In this document: positions 1-18,000 of the stretch, one piece after another
Layout of the letters: each line of letters opens with the position of its first letter
Position numbering within the stretch: the first letter of the stretch is position 1
Assembly: GCF_963921235.1 (NCBI RefSeq)
Contig: NC_086108.1
Location: forward strand, 9,796,001-9,860,000
From: Mobula hypostoma
Taxonomy: Eukaryota
Direction of reading: 5' to 3'
DNA: 64,000 bases
The notes under the pieces: model-generated
The model's input: only the letters and a program-made list of their open reading frames with translations
Database searches by the model: none
What the model was told of the DNA's origin: nothing
Translations under genes and position numbers: made by a program

Positions 1-3000
1 TCCACACCAGGATCACACTACTCCACACCAGGACCTCCCTACTCCACACCAGAATCACCCCACTCCACAGCAGGACCACCCTACTCTACACCAGGATCAC
101 ACTCCTAACCAGGATCGCCATATTGCACACCAGCATCACCCTACTCCGCACAAGGATTGCCCTACTCCAAATCTGGATCAACCTACGCCACACCAGAATA
201 GCTCTACTGCACACCAGGATCACTCTACTCCACACCAGAATCACTCTACTCCACACCAGGATCTCCCTACTCCACACCAGGACAACCCTACTCCAGACCA
301 GGATCACCCTACTCCACACCAGGATCGCCCTACTCCACACCAGGACCACACTCCACACCAGGACAACCCTACTCCACACCAGAATCACTCTACTCCACAC
401 CAGGATCACCCTACTCCACACCAGGACCACCCTACTCCACACCAGGATCACACTCCACACCAGGATCACACTACTCCACACCAGGATCACCCTGCTCCAC
501 ACCAGAATCACTCTACTCCACACGAGGATCACCCTACTCCACACCAGGTCCACCCTACACACCAGGATCACACTCCGCACCAGGATCTCACTCCACACCA
601 GGATCGCCCTTCTCCACACCAGGATCACCTTACTCCACACCAGGATCACCCTACTCCACACCAGGATCACACTCCACACCAGGATCACCCTTCTCCACAC
701 CAGAATCAACCGACTCCACACCAGAATCAACCTACTCCACACCAGAATCATCCTACTCAAAAGCAGCACCACCCTACTCCACACCAAAATTGCCCTTCTC
801 AACGCTAGGATCACCCTACTCTACACCAGCATCACCCTATTCCACACCAGGACCACCCTACTCCACACCAGGATCACACTCCACACCAGGATCTCACTCC
901 CCACCTCGATCGCCCTTCTCCACACCAGGATCACCCTACTCCACACCAGAATCACCTTACTCCACACCAGGATCACTCTACCCCACACCAGAATCACCTT
1001 ACTGCACACCAGAATCACACTACTGCACACCAGGATCACCCTACTCCACACCAGGATCACCATAGTCCACATCAGGATCACGCTACCCCACACCAGGATG
1101 CCCCTACTCCACACCAGGATCACACTCCACACCAGGATCTCTCTATTCCACACCAGGGTCACCCCACTCCACACCAGGACTACCCTACTCCACACTAGGA
1201 TTGCACTTCTCCACACCAGGATCACGCCACTCCACACCAGGATCACAGTTCACACCAGGATCACCCTTCTCTACACCAGAATCACCCTACTCTACAGCAG
1301 AATGACCATACTCCATACCAGGAACACCCTACTCCACATCAGGAATACACTCCAGACCAGGATCACGCTACTCCACACCAGAATCGCACTCCACCCCAGG
1401 ATCACCCTACTCCACACCGGGATCGCCATACTCCACACCAGAATCACTCTACTCCACAACAGGATCACCCTACTGCACACCAGAAACACTCTACTGCACA
1501 CCATGATCACACTACTCCACACCAGGATCACACATTTCCACACCAGGATCACACTACTCCACACCAGGACCTCCCTACTCCACACCAGAATCACCCCACT
1601 CCACAGCAGGACCACCCTACTCTACACCAGGATCACACTCCTAACCAGGATCGCCATATTGCACACCAGCATCACCCTACTCCGCACAAGGATTGCCCTA
1701 CTCCACATCTGGATCAACCTACGCCACACCAGAATAGCTCTACTGCACACCAGGATCACTCTACTCCACACCAGAATCACTCTACTCCACACCAGGATCA
1801 CCCTACTGGACACCAGGATCACACTCCGCACCAGGATCTCACTCCACACCTGGATCGCCCTTCTCCACACCAGGATCACCCTACTACACACCAGAATCAC
1901 GTTACTCCACACCAGGACCACACTCCACACCAGGACAACCCTACTCCATACGAGAATCACGATACTCCACACCAGAATCACCTTACTCCACTCCAAGACC
2001 ACCCTATTCTACACCAGTAACACCCTATCCCACACCAGGATCACACTACCCCACACCAGGATCACCCTACACCACACCAGGATCACCCTACTCCACACCA
2101 GGACAACCCTACTCCACACCAGGATCACCCTACTCCACACCAGGATCGCCCTACTCCACACTAGAATCACTCTACTCCACACCAGGATCATCCCACTCCA
2201 CACCAGGACCACCCTGCTCCACACCAGGATCACACTCCACACCAGGATCTCTCTATTCCACACCAGGGTCACCCCACTCCACACCAGGACTACCCTACTC
2301 CACACTAGGATTGCACTTCTCCACACCAGGATCACGCCACTCCACACCAGGATCACAGTTCACACCAGGATCACCCTTCTCTACACCAGAATCACCCTAC
2401 TCTACAGCAGAATGACCATACTCCATACCAGGAACACCCTACTCCACATCAGGAATACACTCCAGACCAGGATCACGCTACTCCACACCAGAATCGCACT
2501 CCACCCCAGGATCACCCTACTCCACACCGGGATCGCCATACTCCACACCAGAATCACTCTACTCCACAACAGGATCACCCTACTGCACACCAGAAACACT
2601 CTACTGCACACCATGATCACACTACTCCACACCAGGATCACACATTTCCACACCAGGATCACACTACTCCACACCAGGACCTCCCTACTCCACACCAGAA
2701 TCACCCCACTCCACAGCAGGACCACCCTACTCTACACCAGGATCACACTCCTAACCAGGATCGCCATATTGCACACCAGCATCACCCTACTCCGCACAAG
2801 GATTGCCCTACTCCACATCTGGATCAACCTACGCCACACCAGAATAGCTCTACTGCACACCAGGATCACTCTACTCCACACCAGAATCACTCTACTCCAC
2901 ACCAGGATCACCCTACTGGACACCAGGATCACACTCCGCACCAGGATCTCACTCCACACCTGGATCGCCCTTCTCCACACCAGGATCACCCTACTACACA

Positions 3001-6000
3001 CCAGAATCACGTTACTCCACACCAGGACCACACTCCACACCAGGACCACACTCCACACCAGGACAACCCTACTCCATACGAGAATCACGATACTCCACAC
3101 CAGAATCACCTTACTCCACTCCAAGACCACCCTATTCCACACCAGTACCACCCTACCCCACACCAGGATCACACTACCCCACACCAGGATCACCCTACAC
3201 CACACCAGGATCACCCTACTCCACACCAGGACAACCCTACTCCACACCAGGATCACCCTACTCCACACCAGGATCGCCCTACTCCACACTAGAATCACTC
3301 TACTCCACACCAGGATCATCCCACTCCACACCAGGACCACCCTGCTCCACACCAGGATCACACTCCACACCAGGATCACACTACTCCACACCAGGATCAC
3401 CCTACTCCACACCAGAATCACTCTACTCCACACCAGGATCACTCTACTCCACCAGGACCACCCTACACACCAGGATCACACTCCGCACCAGGATCTCACT
3501 CCACACCAGGATCGCCCTTCTCCACACCAGGATCAACTTACTCCACACCAGAATCACCCTACTCCACACCAGAATCACCCTACTTCACACCAGGATCACA
3601 CTCCACACCAAGATCACCCTACTCCACACCAGAATCATCCTACTCCACAGCAGGACCACCCTACTCCACACCAAAATTGCCCTTCTCCACACTAGGATCA
3701 CCCTACTCCACACCAGCATCACCCTATTCCACACCAGAATCACTCTACTCCATACCAGGATCACTCTACCCCACATCAGGATCACCTTACTCCACACCAG
3801 GATCACCCTACTCCACACCAGGATCACACTCCACACCAGGATCAGCCTTCTCCACACCAGAATAACCCTACACACCAGAATCACCCTACTCCACACCAGG
3901 ATCACACTCCGCACCAGGATCTCACTCCACACCTGGATCTCCCTTCTCCACACCAGTATAACCCTACTCCACACCAGAATCACCTTACTCCACACCAGAA
4001 TCACACTACTCCACACCAGAATCACTCTACTCCACACCAGTATCACCCTACTCCACACCAGGACAGCCCTACACCACACACGTATCACACTCCACACTAG
4101 GATCACCGATCTCCAGACCAGATTCACCCTACTCCGTACCAGAATCACCTTACTCCACACCAGGATGACCCTACTCCACACCAGGATCGCCTTACTCCAC
4201 ACCATAATCACTCTACTCCACACCAGGATCACCCTACTCCACACCAGAATCACCCATACTCCACACCAGGATCACCCTACTCCACACCAGAATCACTCTA
4301 CTCCACACCAGGATCACCCTACTCCACACCAGGACCACCCTACTCCACACCAGGATCACCCTACTCCACACCAGGATCGCCCTACTCCACACAGGAATCA
4401 CTCTACTCCACACCAGGATCATCCCACTCCACACCAGAATCACCATACTCCACACCAGGATCACTCTACCCCACACCAGAATCACCCTACAGCACACCAG
4501 AATCACACTACTGCACACCAGGATCACCCTACACCACACCAGGATCACCCTACTCCACACCAGGACAACCCTACTGCACACCAGGATCACCCTACTCCAC
4601 ACCAGGATCGCCCTACTCCACACTAGAATCACTCTACTCCACACCAGGATCATCCCACTCCACACCAGGACCTCCCTGCTCCACACCAGGATCACACTCC
4701 ACACCAGGATCTCACTCCACACCTGGATCACCCTTCTCCACACCAGAATCACTCTACTCCACACCAGAATCACCCTACTCCACACCAGGATTACTCTACT
4801 GCACACCAGGACCACCGTACTCCACACTAGGACCACCCGACTTCACACCAGGATCACACTCCGCACCAGGATCTCACTCCACACCTGGATCGCCCTTCTC
4901 CACACCATGATCACCCTACTCCACACCAGGACCACCCTACTCCACACCAGGATCGCCCTACAACACACCAGGATCACCCTACTCCACACCAGGATCACAC
5001 TCCACACCAGGATCTCACTCCACACCTCGATCGCCCTTCTCCATTCCAGGATCACCCTAATCCACACCAGAATCACCTTACTCCACACCAGGACCACACT
5101 CCACACCAGGACAACCCTACTCCATACGAGAATCACCATACTCCACACCAGAATCACACTACTCCACACCAGGATCGCCCTACTCCACACCACGATCACT
5201 ATACCCCACAGCAGGATCACACTACCCCACACCAGAATCACCCTACTCCACACCAGGATCACTCTACCCCACACCAGAATCACCCTACTGCACACCAGAA
5301 TCACACTACTGCACACCAGGATCACCCTACTCCACACCAGGATCACCCTACTCCACACCAGGATCACGCTACTCCACACCAGGATCCCCCTACTCCACAC
5401 CAGGATCACACTCCACACCAGGATCACTCTACTCAACACCAGGGTCACCCCACTCCACACCAGGACTACCCTACTCCACACCAGGGTTGCACTTCTCCAC
5501 ACCAGGATCACCCTACTCCACACCAGGATCACAGTTCACACCAGGATCACCCTTCTCTACACCAGAATCACCCTACTCTACAGCAGAATGACCCTACTCC
5601 ATACCAGGAACACCCTACTCCACATCAGGAATACACTCCAGACCAGGATCACGCTACTCCACACCAGAATCGCACTCCACCCCAGGATCACCCTACTCCA
5701 CACCGGGATCACCATACTCCACACCAGAATCACTCTACTCCACAACAGGATCACCCTACTGCACACCAGAAACACTCTACTGCACACCATGATCACACTA
5801 CTCCACACCAGGATCACACATTTCCACACCAGGATCACACTACTCCACACCAGGACCTCCCTACTCCACACCAGAATCACCCCACTCCACAGCAGGACCA
5901 CCCTACTCTACACCAGGATCACACTCCTAACCAGGATCGCCATATTGCACACCAGCATCACCCTACTCCGCACAAGGATTGCCCTACTCCACATCTGGAT

Positions 6001-9000
6001 CAACCTACGCCACACCAGAATAGCTCTACTGCACACCAGGATCACTCTACTCCACACCAGAATCACTCTACTCCACACCAGGATCACCCTACTGGACACC
6101 AGGATCACACTCCGCACCAAGATCTCACTCCACACCTGGATCGCCCTTCTCCACACCAGGATCACCCTACTACACACCAGAATCACGTTACTCCACACCA
6201 GGACCACACTCCACACCAGGACAACCCTACTCCATACCAGAATCACGATACTCCACACCAGAATCACCTTACTCCACTCCAAGACCACCCTATTCTACAC
6301 CAGTAACACCCTATCCCACACCAGGATCACACTACCCCACACCAGGATCACCCTACACCACACCAGGATCACCCTACTCCACACCAGGACAACCCTACTC
6401 CACACCAGGATCACCCTACTCCACACCAGGATCGCCCTACTCCACACTAGAATCACTCTACACCACACCAGGATCATCCCACTCCACACCAGGAACACCC
6501 TGCTCCACACCAGGATCACACTCCACACCAGGATCTCTCTATTCCACACCAGGGTCACCCCACTCCACACCAGGACTACCCTACTCCACACTAGGATTGC
6601 ACTTCTCCACACCAGGATCACGCCACTCCACACCAGGATCACAGTTCACACCAGGATCACCCTTCTCTACACCAGAATCACCCTACTCTACAGCAGAATG
6701 ACCATACTCCATACCAGGAACACCCTACTCCACATCAGGAATACACTCCAGACCAGGATCACGCTACTCCACACCAGAATCGCACTCCACCCCAGGATCA
6801 CCCTACTCCACACCGGGATCGCCATACTCCACACCAGAATCACTCTACTCCACAACAGGATCACCCTACTGCACACCAGAAACACTCTACTGCACACCAT
6901 GATCACACTACTCCACACCAGGATCACACATTTCCACACCAGGATCACACTACACCACACCAGGACCTCCCTACTCCACACCAGAATCACCCCACTCCAC
7001 AGCAGGACCACCCTACTCTAAACCAGGATCACACTCCACACCAGGATCGCCATATTGCACACCAGCATCACCCAACTCCGCACAAGGATTGCCCTACTCC
7101 ACATCTGGATCAACCTACGCCACACCAGAATAGCTCTATTGCACACCAGGATCACCCTACTCCACACCAGAATCACTCTACTCCACACCAGGATCACCCT
7201 ACTCCACACCAGGATCACACTCCGCACCAGGATCTCACTCCACACCTGGATCGCCCTTCTCCACACCAGGATCACCCTACTACACACCAGAATCACGTTA
7301 CTCCACACCAGGACCACACTCCACACCAGGACAACCCTACTCCATACGAGAATCACGATTCTCCACAGCAGAATCACCTTACTCCACTCCAAGACCACCC
7401 TATTCCACACCAGTAACACCCTATCCCACACCAGGATCACACTACCCCACACCAGAATCACCCTACTCCACACCAGGATGACTCTACCCCACACCAGAAT
7501 CACCCTACTGCACACCAGAATCACACTACTGCACACCAGGATCACCCTACACCACACCAGGATCACCCTACTCCACACCAGGACAACCCTACTCCACACC
7601 AGGATCACCCTACTCCACACCAGGATCGCCCTACTCCACACCAGAATCACTCTACTCCACACCAGGATCATCCTACTCCACACCAGGAGCACCCTACTCC
7701 ACACCAGGATCACACTCCACACCAGGATCACATTACTCCACACCAGGATCACCCTACTCCACACCAGAATCACTCTACTCCACACCAGGATCACTCTACT
7801 CCACCAGGACCACCCTACACACCAGGATCACACTCCGCACCAGGATCTCACTCCACAACAGGATCGCCCTTCTCCACACCAGGATCAACTTACTCCACAC
7901 CAGGATCACCCTACTCCACACCAGAATCACCCTACTTCACACCAGGATCACACTCCACACCAAGATCACCCTACTCCACACCAGAATCATCCTACTCCAC
8001 ACCAGGACCACCCTACTCCACACCAAAATTGGCCTTCTCCACACTAGGATCACCCTACTCCACACCAGCATCACCCTATTCCACACCAGAATGACTCTAC
8101 TCCATACCAGGATCATTCTACCCCACATCAGGATCACCTTAGTCCACACCAGAATCACCCTACTCCACACCAGGATCACTCTACCCCACACCAGAATCAC
8201 CCTACTGCACACCAGGATCACCATACACTACACCAGGATCTCCCTACTCCACACCAGAACCACCCTACTCCACACCAGGATCACCCTACTCCACACCAGG
8301 ATCGCCCTACTCCACACCAGGATCACCCTACTCCACACCAGGATCGCCCTACTCCACACCAGTATCACACTCCACACCAGGATCACCCTACTCCACACCA
8401 GAACCACCCTACTCCACACCAGGATTACTCTACTGCACACCAGGACCACCGTACTCAACACCAGGACCACCCGACTTCACACCAGGATCACACTCCGCAC
8501 CAGGATCTCACTCCACACCTGGATCGCCCTTCTCCACACGATGATCACCCTACTCCACACCAGGACCACACTCCACACCAGGACAACCCTACTCCATACG
8601 AGAATCACGATTCTCCACACCAGAATCACCTTACTCCACTCCAAGACCACCCTATTCCACACCAGTAACTCCCTATCCCACACCAGGATCACACTACCCC
8701 ACACCAGAATCACCCTACTCCACACCAGGATCACTCTACCCCACACCAGAATCACCCTACTGCACACCAGAATCACACTACTGCACACCAGGATCACCCT
8801 ACACCACACCAGGATCACCCTACTCCACACCAGGACAACCCTACTCCACACCAGGATCACCCTACTCCACACCAGGATCACCCTACTCCACACCAGAATC
8901 ACTCTACTCCACACCAGGATCACCCTACTCCACACCAGGATCACCCTACTCCACACCAGGATCACACTCCACACCAGGATCACACTACTCCACACCAGGA

Positions 9001-12000
9001 TCACCCTACTCCACACCAGAATCACTCTACTCCACACCAGGATCACTCTACTCCACCAGGACCACCCTACACACCAGGATCATACTCCGCACCAGGATCT
9101 CACTCCACAACAGGATCGCCCTTCTCCACACCAGGATCAACTTACTCCACACCAGGATCACCCTACCCCACACCAGAATCACCCTACTTCACACCAGGAT
9201 CACACTCCACACCAAGATCACCCTACTCCACACCAGAATCATCCTACTCCACACCAGGACCACCCTACTCCACACCAAGATTGCCCTTCTCCACACTAGG
9301 ATCACCCTACTCCACACCAGCATCACCCTATTCCACACCAGAATCACTCTACTCCATACCAGGATTACTCTACCCCACATCAGGATCACCTTACTCCACA
9401 CCAGGATCACCCTACTCCACACCAGGATCACTCTACTCCACACCAGAATCACCCTACTGCACACCAGGATCACCATACACTACACCAGGATCTCCCTACT
9501 CCGCACCAGGACCACCCTACTCCAGACCAGATTCACCGTACTCCACACTGGGATCGCCTTACTCCACACCATAATCACCCTACTCCACACCAGGATCACC
9601 CTACTGCACACCAGTATCACACTCCACACCAGGATCACTCTACTCCACACCAGGATCACCCTACTCCACACCAGGATCACTCTACTGCACACCAGGACCA
9701 CCCTACTCCACACCAGGACCACCCGACTTCACACCAGGATCACACTCCGCACCAGGATCTCACTCCACACCTGGATCGCCCTTCTCCACACCAGGATCAC
9801 CCTACTCCACACCAGAATCACCCTACTCCACACCAGAATCAACCTACTCCACACCAGAATCAGACTACTCCACACCAGAATCAACCTACTCCACACCAGA
9901 ATCACCCTACTCCACACCAGGACCACACTCCACACCAGGACAACCCTACTCCATACGAGAATCACCCTACTCCACACCAGCATCACCATGATCTACAGCA
10001 GAATGACCCTACTCCATACCAGGACCACACTAATCCACATCAGGATCACACTCCACGCCAGGATCACACTACCCCACACCAGAATCACCCTACTCCACAC
10101 CATGATCACTCTATCCCACACCAGAATCACCCTACTGCACACCAGAATCACCCCACTCCACAGCAGGACCACCCTACTCTACACCAGGATCACACTCCAC
10201 ACCAGGATCGCCCTATTGCACACCAGCATCACCCTACTCCGCACAAGGATCGCCCTACTCCACATCCGGATTAACCTACGCCACACCAGAATAGCTCTAC
10301 TGCACACCAGGATCACCCTACTCCACACCAGAATCACTCTGCTCCACACCAGGATCACACTCCGCACCATGATCTCACTCCACACCTGGATCGCCCTTCT
10401 CCACAGCAGGATCACCCTACTACACACCAGAATCACGTTACTCCACACCAGGACCACACTCCACACCAGGACAACCCTATCCCACACCAGAATCACACTA
10501 CCCCACACCAGAATCACCCTACTCCAGACCAGGATCACCCTACCCCACACCAGAATCACCCTACTGCACACCAGAATCACACTACTGCACACCAGGATCA
10601 CCCTACACCACACCAGGATCACCCTACTCCACACCAGGACAACCCTACTCCACACCAGGATCACCCTACTCCACACCAGGATCACCCTACTCCACACCAG
10701 GATCACCCTACTCCACACCAGGACAACCCTACTCCACACCAGAATCACTCTACTCCACACCAGGATCATCCTACTCCACACCAGGACCACCCTACTCCAC
10801 ACCAGGATCACACTCCACACCAGGATCACACTCCTAACCAGGATCGCCATATTGCACACCAGCATCACCCTACTCCGCACAAGGATTGCCCTACTCCACA
10901 TCTGGATCAACCTACGCCACACCAGAATAGCTCTACTCCACACCAGGATCACTCTACTCCACACCAGAATCACTCTACTCCACACCAGGATCACCCTACT
11001 CCACACCAGGATCACACTCCGCACCAGGATCTCACTCCACACCTGGATCGCCCTTCTCCACAACAGGATCACCCTACTCCACACCAGAATCACTTTACTC
11101 CACACCAGGACCACAATCCACACCAGGAACACCCTACTCTGCACCAGAATCACCCTACTCCACACCAGAATCACCTTACTCCACTCCAAGACCACCCTAT
11201 TCCACACCAGTACCACCCTACCCCACACCAGGATCACACTACCCCACACCAGGATCCCTACTCCACACCAGGATCACCCTACTCCACACCAGGATCACCC
11301 TACTCCACACCAGAATCACTCTACTCCACACCAGGATCATCCTACTCCACACCAGGACCACCCTACTCCACACCAGGATCACACTCCACACCAGGATCAC
11401 ACTACTCCACACCAGGATCACCCTACTCCACACCAGAATCACCCTACTCCACACCAGGATCACTCTACTACACCAGGACCACCCTACACACCAGGATCAC
11501 ACACCGCACCAGGATCTCACTCCACACCAGGATCGCCCTTCTCCACACCAGAATCAACTTACTCCACACCAGAATCACCCTACTCCACACCAGAATCACC
11601 CTACTTCACACCAGGATCACACTCCACACCAAGATCACCCTACTCCACACCAGAATCATCCTACTCCACACCAGGACCACCCTACTCCACACCAAGATTG
11701 CCCTTCTCCACACTAGGATCACCCTACTCCACACCAGCATCACCCTATTCCACACCAGAATCACTCTACTCCATACCAGGATCACTCTACCCCACATCAG
11801 GATCACCTTACTCCACACCAGGATCACCCTACTCCACACCAGGATCACACTCCACACCAGGATCAGCCTTCGCCACACCAGAATCACCCTACTCCACACC
11901 AGAATCACCCTACTCCACACCAGGATCACACTCCGCACCAGGATCTCACTCCACACCTGGATCTCCCTTCTCCAAACCAGTATAACCCGACTCCACACCA

Positions 12001-15000
12001 GAATCACCTTACTCCACACCAGGATCAGCCTACGCCACACCAGAATCACTCTACTCCACACCAGTATCACCCTACTCCACACCAGGACAGCCCTACACCA
12101 CACCAGTATCACACTCCACACTAGGATCACCCTTCTCCAGACCAGATTCACCCTACTCCATACCAGAATCACCTTACTCCACACCAGGATCACCCTACTC
12201 CACGCTAGGATCACACTCCACACCAGGATCACCCTTCTCCACACCAGAATCAACCTACTCCACACCAGAATCACTCTACTCCACACCAGGATCACCCTAC
12301 TCCACACCAGGACCACCCTACTCCACACCAGGATCACCCTACTCCACACCAGGATCGCCCTACTCCACACTAGAATCACTCTACTCCACACCAGGATCAT
12401 CCCACTCCACACCAGAATCACCATACTCCATACCAGGATCACTCTACCCCACACCAGAATCACCCTACTGTACACCAGAATCACCCATACTCCACACCAG
12501 GATCGCCCTACTCCACACTGGAATCACTCTACTCCACACCAGGATCATCCCACTCCACACCAGGACCACCCTGCTCCACACCAGGATCACACTCCACACC
12601 AGGATCTCACTCCACACCTGGATCACCCTTCTCTACACCAGAATCACTCTACTCCACACCAGAATCACCCTACTGCACACCAGGATTACTCTACTGCACA
12701 CCAGGACCACCGTAATCCACACTAGGACCACCCGACTTCACACCAGGATCACACTCCGCACCAGGATCTCACTCCACAACTGGATCGCCCTTCTCCACAC
12801 CAGGATCACCCTACTCCACACCAGGATCACCCTACTCCACACCAGGATCACCCTACTCCACACCAGGATCACCCTACTCCACACCAGGATCACCCTACTC
12901 CACACCAGGATCACACTCCACACCAGGATCACCCTTCTCCACACCAGGATCACCCTACTCCACACCAGAATCAACCTACTCCACACCAGGACCACACTCC
13001 ACACCAGGACAACCCTACTCCATACGAGAATCACCATACTCCACACCAGAATCACACTACTCCACACCAGGATCGCCCTACTCCACACCAGGATCACTCT
13101 ACCCCACACCAGGATCACACTACCCCTCACCAGAATCACCCTACTCCACACCAGGATCACTCTACCCCACACCAGAATCACCCTACTGCACACCAGAATC
13201 ACACTACTGCACACCAGGATCACCCTACTCTACAGCAGAATGACCCTACTCCATATCAGGAACACCCTACTCCACATCAGGAATACACTCCAGACCAGGA
13301 TCACGCTACTCCACACCAGAATCGCACTCCACCCCAGGATCACCCTACTCCACACCGGGATTGCCATACTCCACACCAGGATCACTCTACTCCACACCAG
13401 GATCACTCTACTCCACACCAGTACGCCCTACTCCACAGCAGTATCACACTCCACACCAGCATCACCCTGCTCCACACCAGGACCAACCTACTCCACACCA
13501 GGATCACTCTACTACACACCAGAATCACGTTACTCCACACCAGGACCACACTCCACACCAGGACAACCCTACTCCATACCAGAATCACCCTACTCCACAC
13601 CAGAATCACCTTACTCCACTCCAAGACCACCCTATTCTACACCAGTACCACCCTATCCCATACCAGGATCAAACTACCCCACACCAGAATCACCCTACTC
13701 CACACCAGGATCACTCTACCCCACACCAGAATCACACTACTGCACACCAGGATCACCCTACTCCACACCAGGATCACCCTACTCCACACCAGGACCACCC
13801 TACTCCACACCAGGATCACCCTACTCCACACCAGGATCACCCTACTCCACACCAGAATCACTCTACTCCACACCAGGATCACCCTACTCCACACCAGGAG
13901 CCCCATACTCCACACTAGGATCACACTCCACACCAGGATCACACTACTCCACACCAGGATCACCCTACTCCACACCAGAATCACTCTACTCCACACCAGG
14001 ATCACTCTACTCCACCAGGACCACCCTACACACCAGGATCACACTCCGCACCAGGATCTCACTCCACAACAGGATCGCCCTTCTCCACACCAGGATCAAC
14101 TTACTCCACACCAGGATCACCCTACTCCACACCAGAATCACCCTACTTCACACCAGGATCACAATCCACACCAAGATCACCCTACTCCACACCAGAATCA
14201 TCCTACTCCACAGTAGGACCACCCTACTCCACACCAATATTGGCCTTCTCCACACTAGGATCACCCTACTCCACACCAGCATCACCCTATTCCACACCAG
14301 AATCACTCTACTCCATACCAGGATCACTCTACCCCACATCAGGATCACCTTACTCCACACCAGGATCACCCTACTCCACACCAGGATCACTCTACCCCAC
14401 ACCAGAATCACCCTACTGCACACCAGGATCACCATACACTACACCAGGATCTCCCTACTCCACACCAGAACCACCCAACTCCACACCAGGATCACCCTAC
14501 TCCACACCAGGATCACCCTACTCCACACCAGGATCACCCTACTCCACACCAGGATCGCCCTACTCCACACCAGTATCACACTCCACACCAGGATCACTCT
14601 ACACCACACCAGAATCACCCTACTCCACACCATGATTACTCTACTGCACACCAGGACCACCGTACTCCACACCAGGACCACCCGACTTCACACCAGGATC
14701 ACACTCCGCACCAGGATCTCACTCCACACCTGGATCGCCCTTCTCCACACCATGATCACCCTACTCCACACCAGAATCACCCTACTCCACACCAGAATCA
14801 ACCTACTCCACACCAGAATCAGACTACTCCACACCAGGACCACACTCCACACCAGGACAACCCTACTCCATACGAGAATCACCCTACTCCACACCAGCAT
14901 CACCCTGATCTACAGCAGAATGACCCTACTCCATACCAGGACCACACTAATCCACATCAGGATCACACTCCACGCCAGGATCACACTACCCCACACCAGA

Positions 15001-18000
15001 ATCACCCTACTCCACACCATGATCACTCTACCCCACACCAGAATCACCCTACTGCACACCAGAATCACCCCACTCCACAGCAGGACCACCCTACCCTACA
15101 CCAGGATCACACTCCACACCAGGATCGCCCTATTGCACACCAGCATCACCCTACTCCGCACAAGGATCGCCCTACTCCACATCCGGATCAACCTACGCCA
15201 CACCAGAATAGCTCTACTGCACACCAGGATCACCCTACTCCACACCAGAATCACTCTACTCCACACCAGGATCACACTCCGCACCATGATCTCACTCCAC
15301 ACCTGGATCGCCCTTCTCCACAGCAGGATCACCCTACTACACACCAGAATCACGTTACTCCACACCAGGACCACACTCCACACCAGGACAACCCTATCCC
15401 ACACCAGAATCACACTACCCCACACCAGAATCACCCTACTCCACACCAGGATCACCCTACCCCACACCAGAATCACCCTGCTGCACACCAGAATCACACA
15501 ACTGCACACCAGGATCACCCTACACCACACCAGGATCTCCCTACTCCATACCAGGACAACCCTACTCCACACCAGGATCACCCTACTCCACACTAGGATC
15601 GCCTTACTCCACACCAGGACCACACTCCACACCAGGACAACCCTACTCCACACCAGAATCACTCTACTCCACACCAGGATCACCCTACTCCACACCAGGA
15701 CCACCCTACTCCACACCAGGATCACACTCCACACCAGGATCACACTACTCCACACCAGGATCACCCTGCTCCACACCAGAATCACTCTACTCCACACCAG
15801 GATCACCCTACTCCACATCAGGTCCACCCTACACACCAGGATCACACTCCGCACCAGGATCTCACTCCACACCAGGATCGCCCTTCTCCACACCAGGATC
15901 AACTTACTCCACACCAGGATCACCCTACTCCACATCAGAATCGCACTCCACAACAGGATCACCCTACTTCACACCAGGATCACACTCCACACCAAGATCA
16001 CCCTACTCCACACCAGAATCATCCTACTCAAAAGCAGCACCACCCTACTCCACACCAAAATTGCCCTTCTCCACACTAGGATCACCCTACTCTACACCAG
16101 CATCACGCTATTCCACACCAGGACCACCCTACTCCACACCAGGATCACACTCCACACCAGGATCTCACTCCACACCTCGATCGCCCTTCTCCACACCAGG
16201 ATCACCCTACTCCACACCAGAATCACCTTACTCCACACCAGGATCACTCTACCCCACACCAGAATCACCTTACTGCACACCAGAATCACACTACTGCACA
16301 CCAGGATCACCCTACTCCACACCAGGATCACCTTACTCCACATCAGGATCACGCTACCCCACACCAGGATCACCCTACTCCACACCAGGATCACACTCCA
16401 CACCAAGATCACCCTACTCCACACCAGAATCATCCTACTCAAAAGCAGCACCACCCTACTCCACACCAAAATTGCCCTTCTCCACACTAGGATCACCCTA
16501 CTCTACACCAGCATCACGCTATTCCACACCAGGACCACCCTACTCCACACCAGGATCACACTCCACACCAGGATCTCACTCCACACCTCGATCGCCCTTC
16601 TCCACACCAGGATCACCCTACTCCACACCAGAATCACCTTACTCCACACCAGGATCACTCTACCCCACACCAGAATCACCTTACTGCACACCAGAATCAC
16701 ACTACTGCACACCAGGATCACCCTACTCCACACCAGGATCACCTTACTCCACATCAGGATCACGCTACCCCACACCAGGATGCCCCTACTCCACACCAGG
16801 ATCACACTCCACACCAGGATCTCTCTATTCCACACCTGGGTCACCCCACTCCACACCAGGACTACCCTACTCCACACTAGGATTGCACTTCTCCACACCA
16901 GGATCACGCCACTCCACACCAGGATCACAGTTCACACCAGGATCACCCTTCTCTACACCAGAATCACCCTACTCTACAGCAGAATGACCATACTCCATAC
17001 CAGGAACACCCTACTCCACATCAGGAATACACTCCAGACCAGGATCACGCTACTCCACACCAGAATCGCACTCCACCCCAGGATCACCCTACTCCACACC
17101 GGGATCGCCATACTCCACACCAGAATCACTCTACTCCACAACAGGATCACCCTACTGCACACCAGAAACACTCTACTGCACACCATGATCACACTACTCC
17201 ACACCAGGATCACACATTTCCACACCAGGATCACACTACTCCACACCAGGACCTCCCTACTCCACACCAGAATCACCCCACTCCACAGCAGGACCACCCT
17301 ACTCTACACCAGGATCACACTCCTAACCAGGATCGCCATATTGCACACCAGCATCACCCTACTCCGCACAAGGATTGCCCTACTCCACATCTGGATCAAC
17401 CTACGCCACACCAGAATAGCTCTACTGCACACCAGGATCACTCTACTCCACACCAGAATCACTCTACTCCACACCAGGATCACCCTACTGGACACCAGGA
17501 TCACACTCCGCACCAGGATCTCACTCCACACCTGGATCGCCCTTCTCCACACCAGGATCACCCTACTCCACACCAGAATCACCGTACTCCACACCAGGAC
17601 CACACTCCACACCAGGACAACCCTACTCCATACGAGAATCACCCTACTCCACACCAGAATCACCTTACTCCACTCCAAGACCACCCTATTCTACACCAGT
17701 AACACCCTATCCCACACCAGGATCACACTACCCCACACCAGGATCACCCTACTCCACACCAGGATCACCCTACTCCACACCAGGACCACCCTACTCCACA
17801 CCAGGATCACCCTACTCCACACCAGGATCACCCTACTCCACACCAGAATCACACTCCACACCAGGATCACCACACTCCACACCAGGACCACCCTACTCCA
17901 CACCAGGATCACACTCCACACCAGGATCACTCTACTCCACACCAGGGTCACCCCACTCCACACCAGGACTACCTTCTTCCACACCAGGATTGCACTTCTC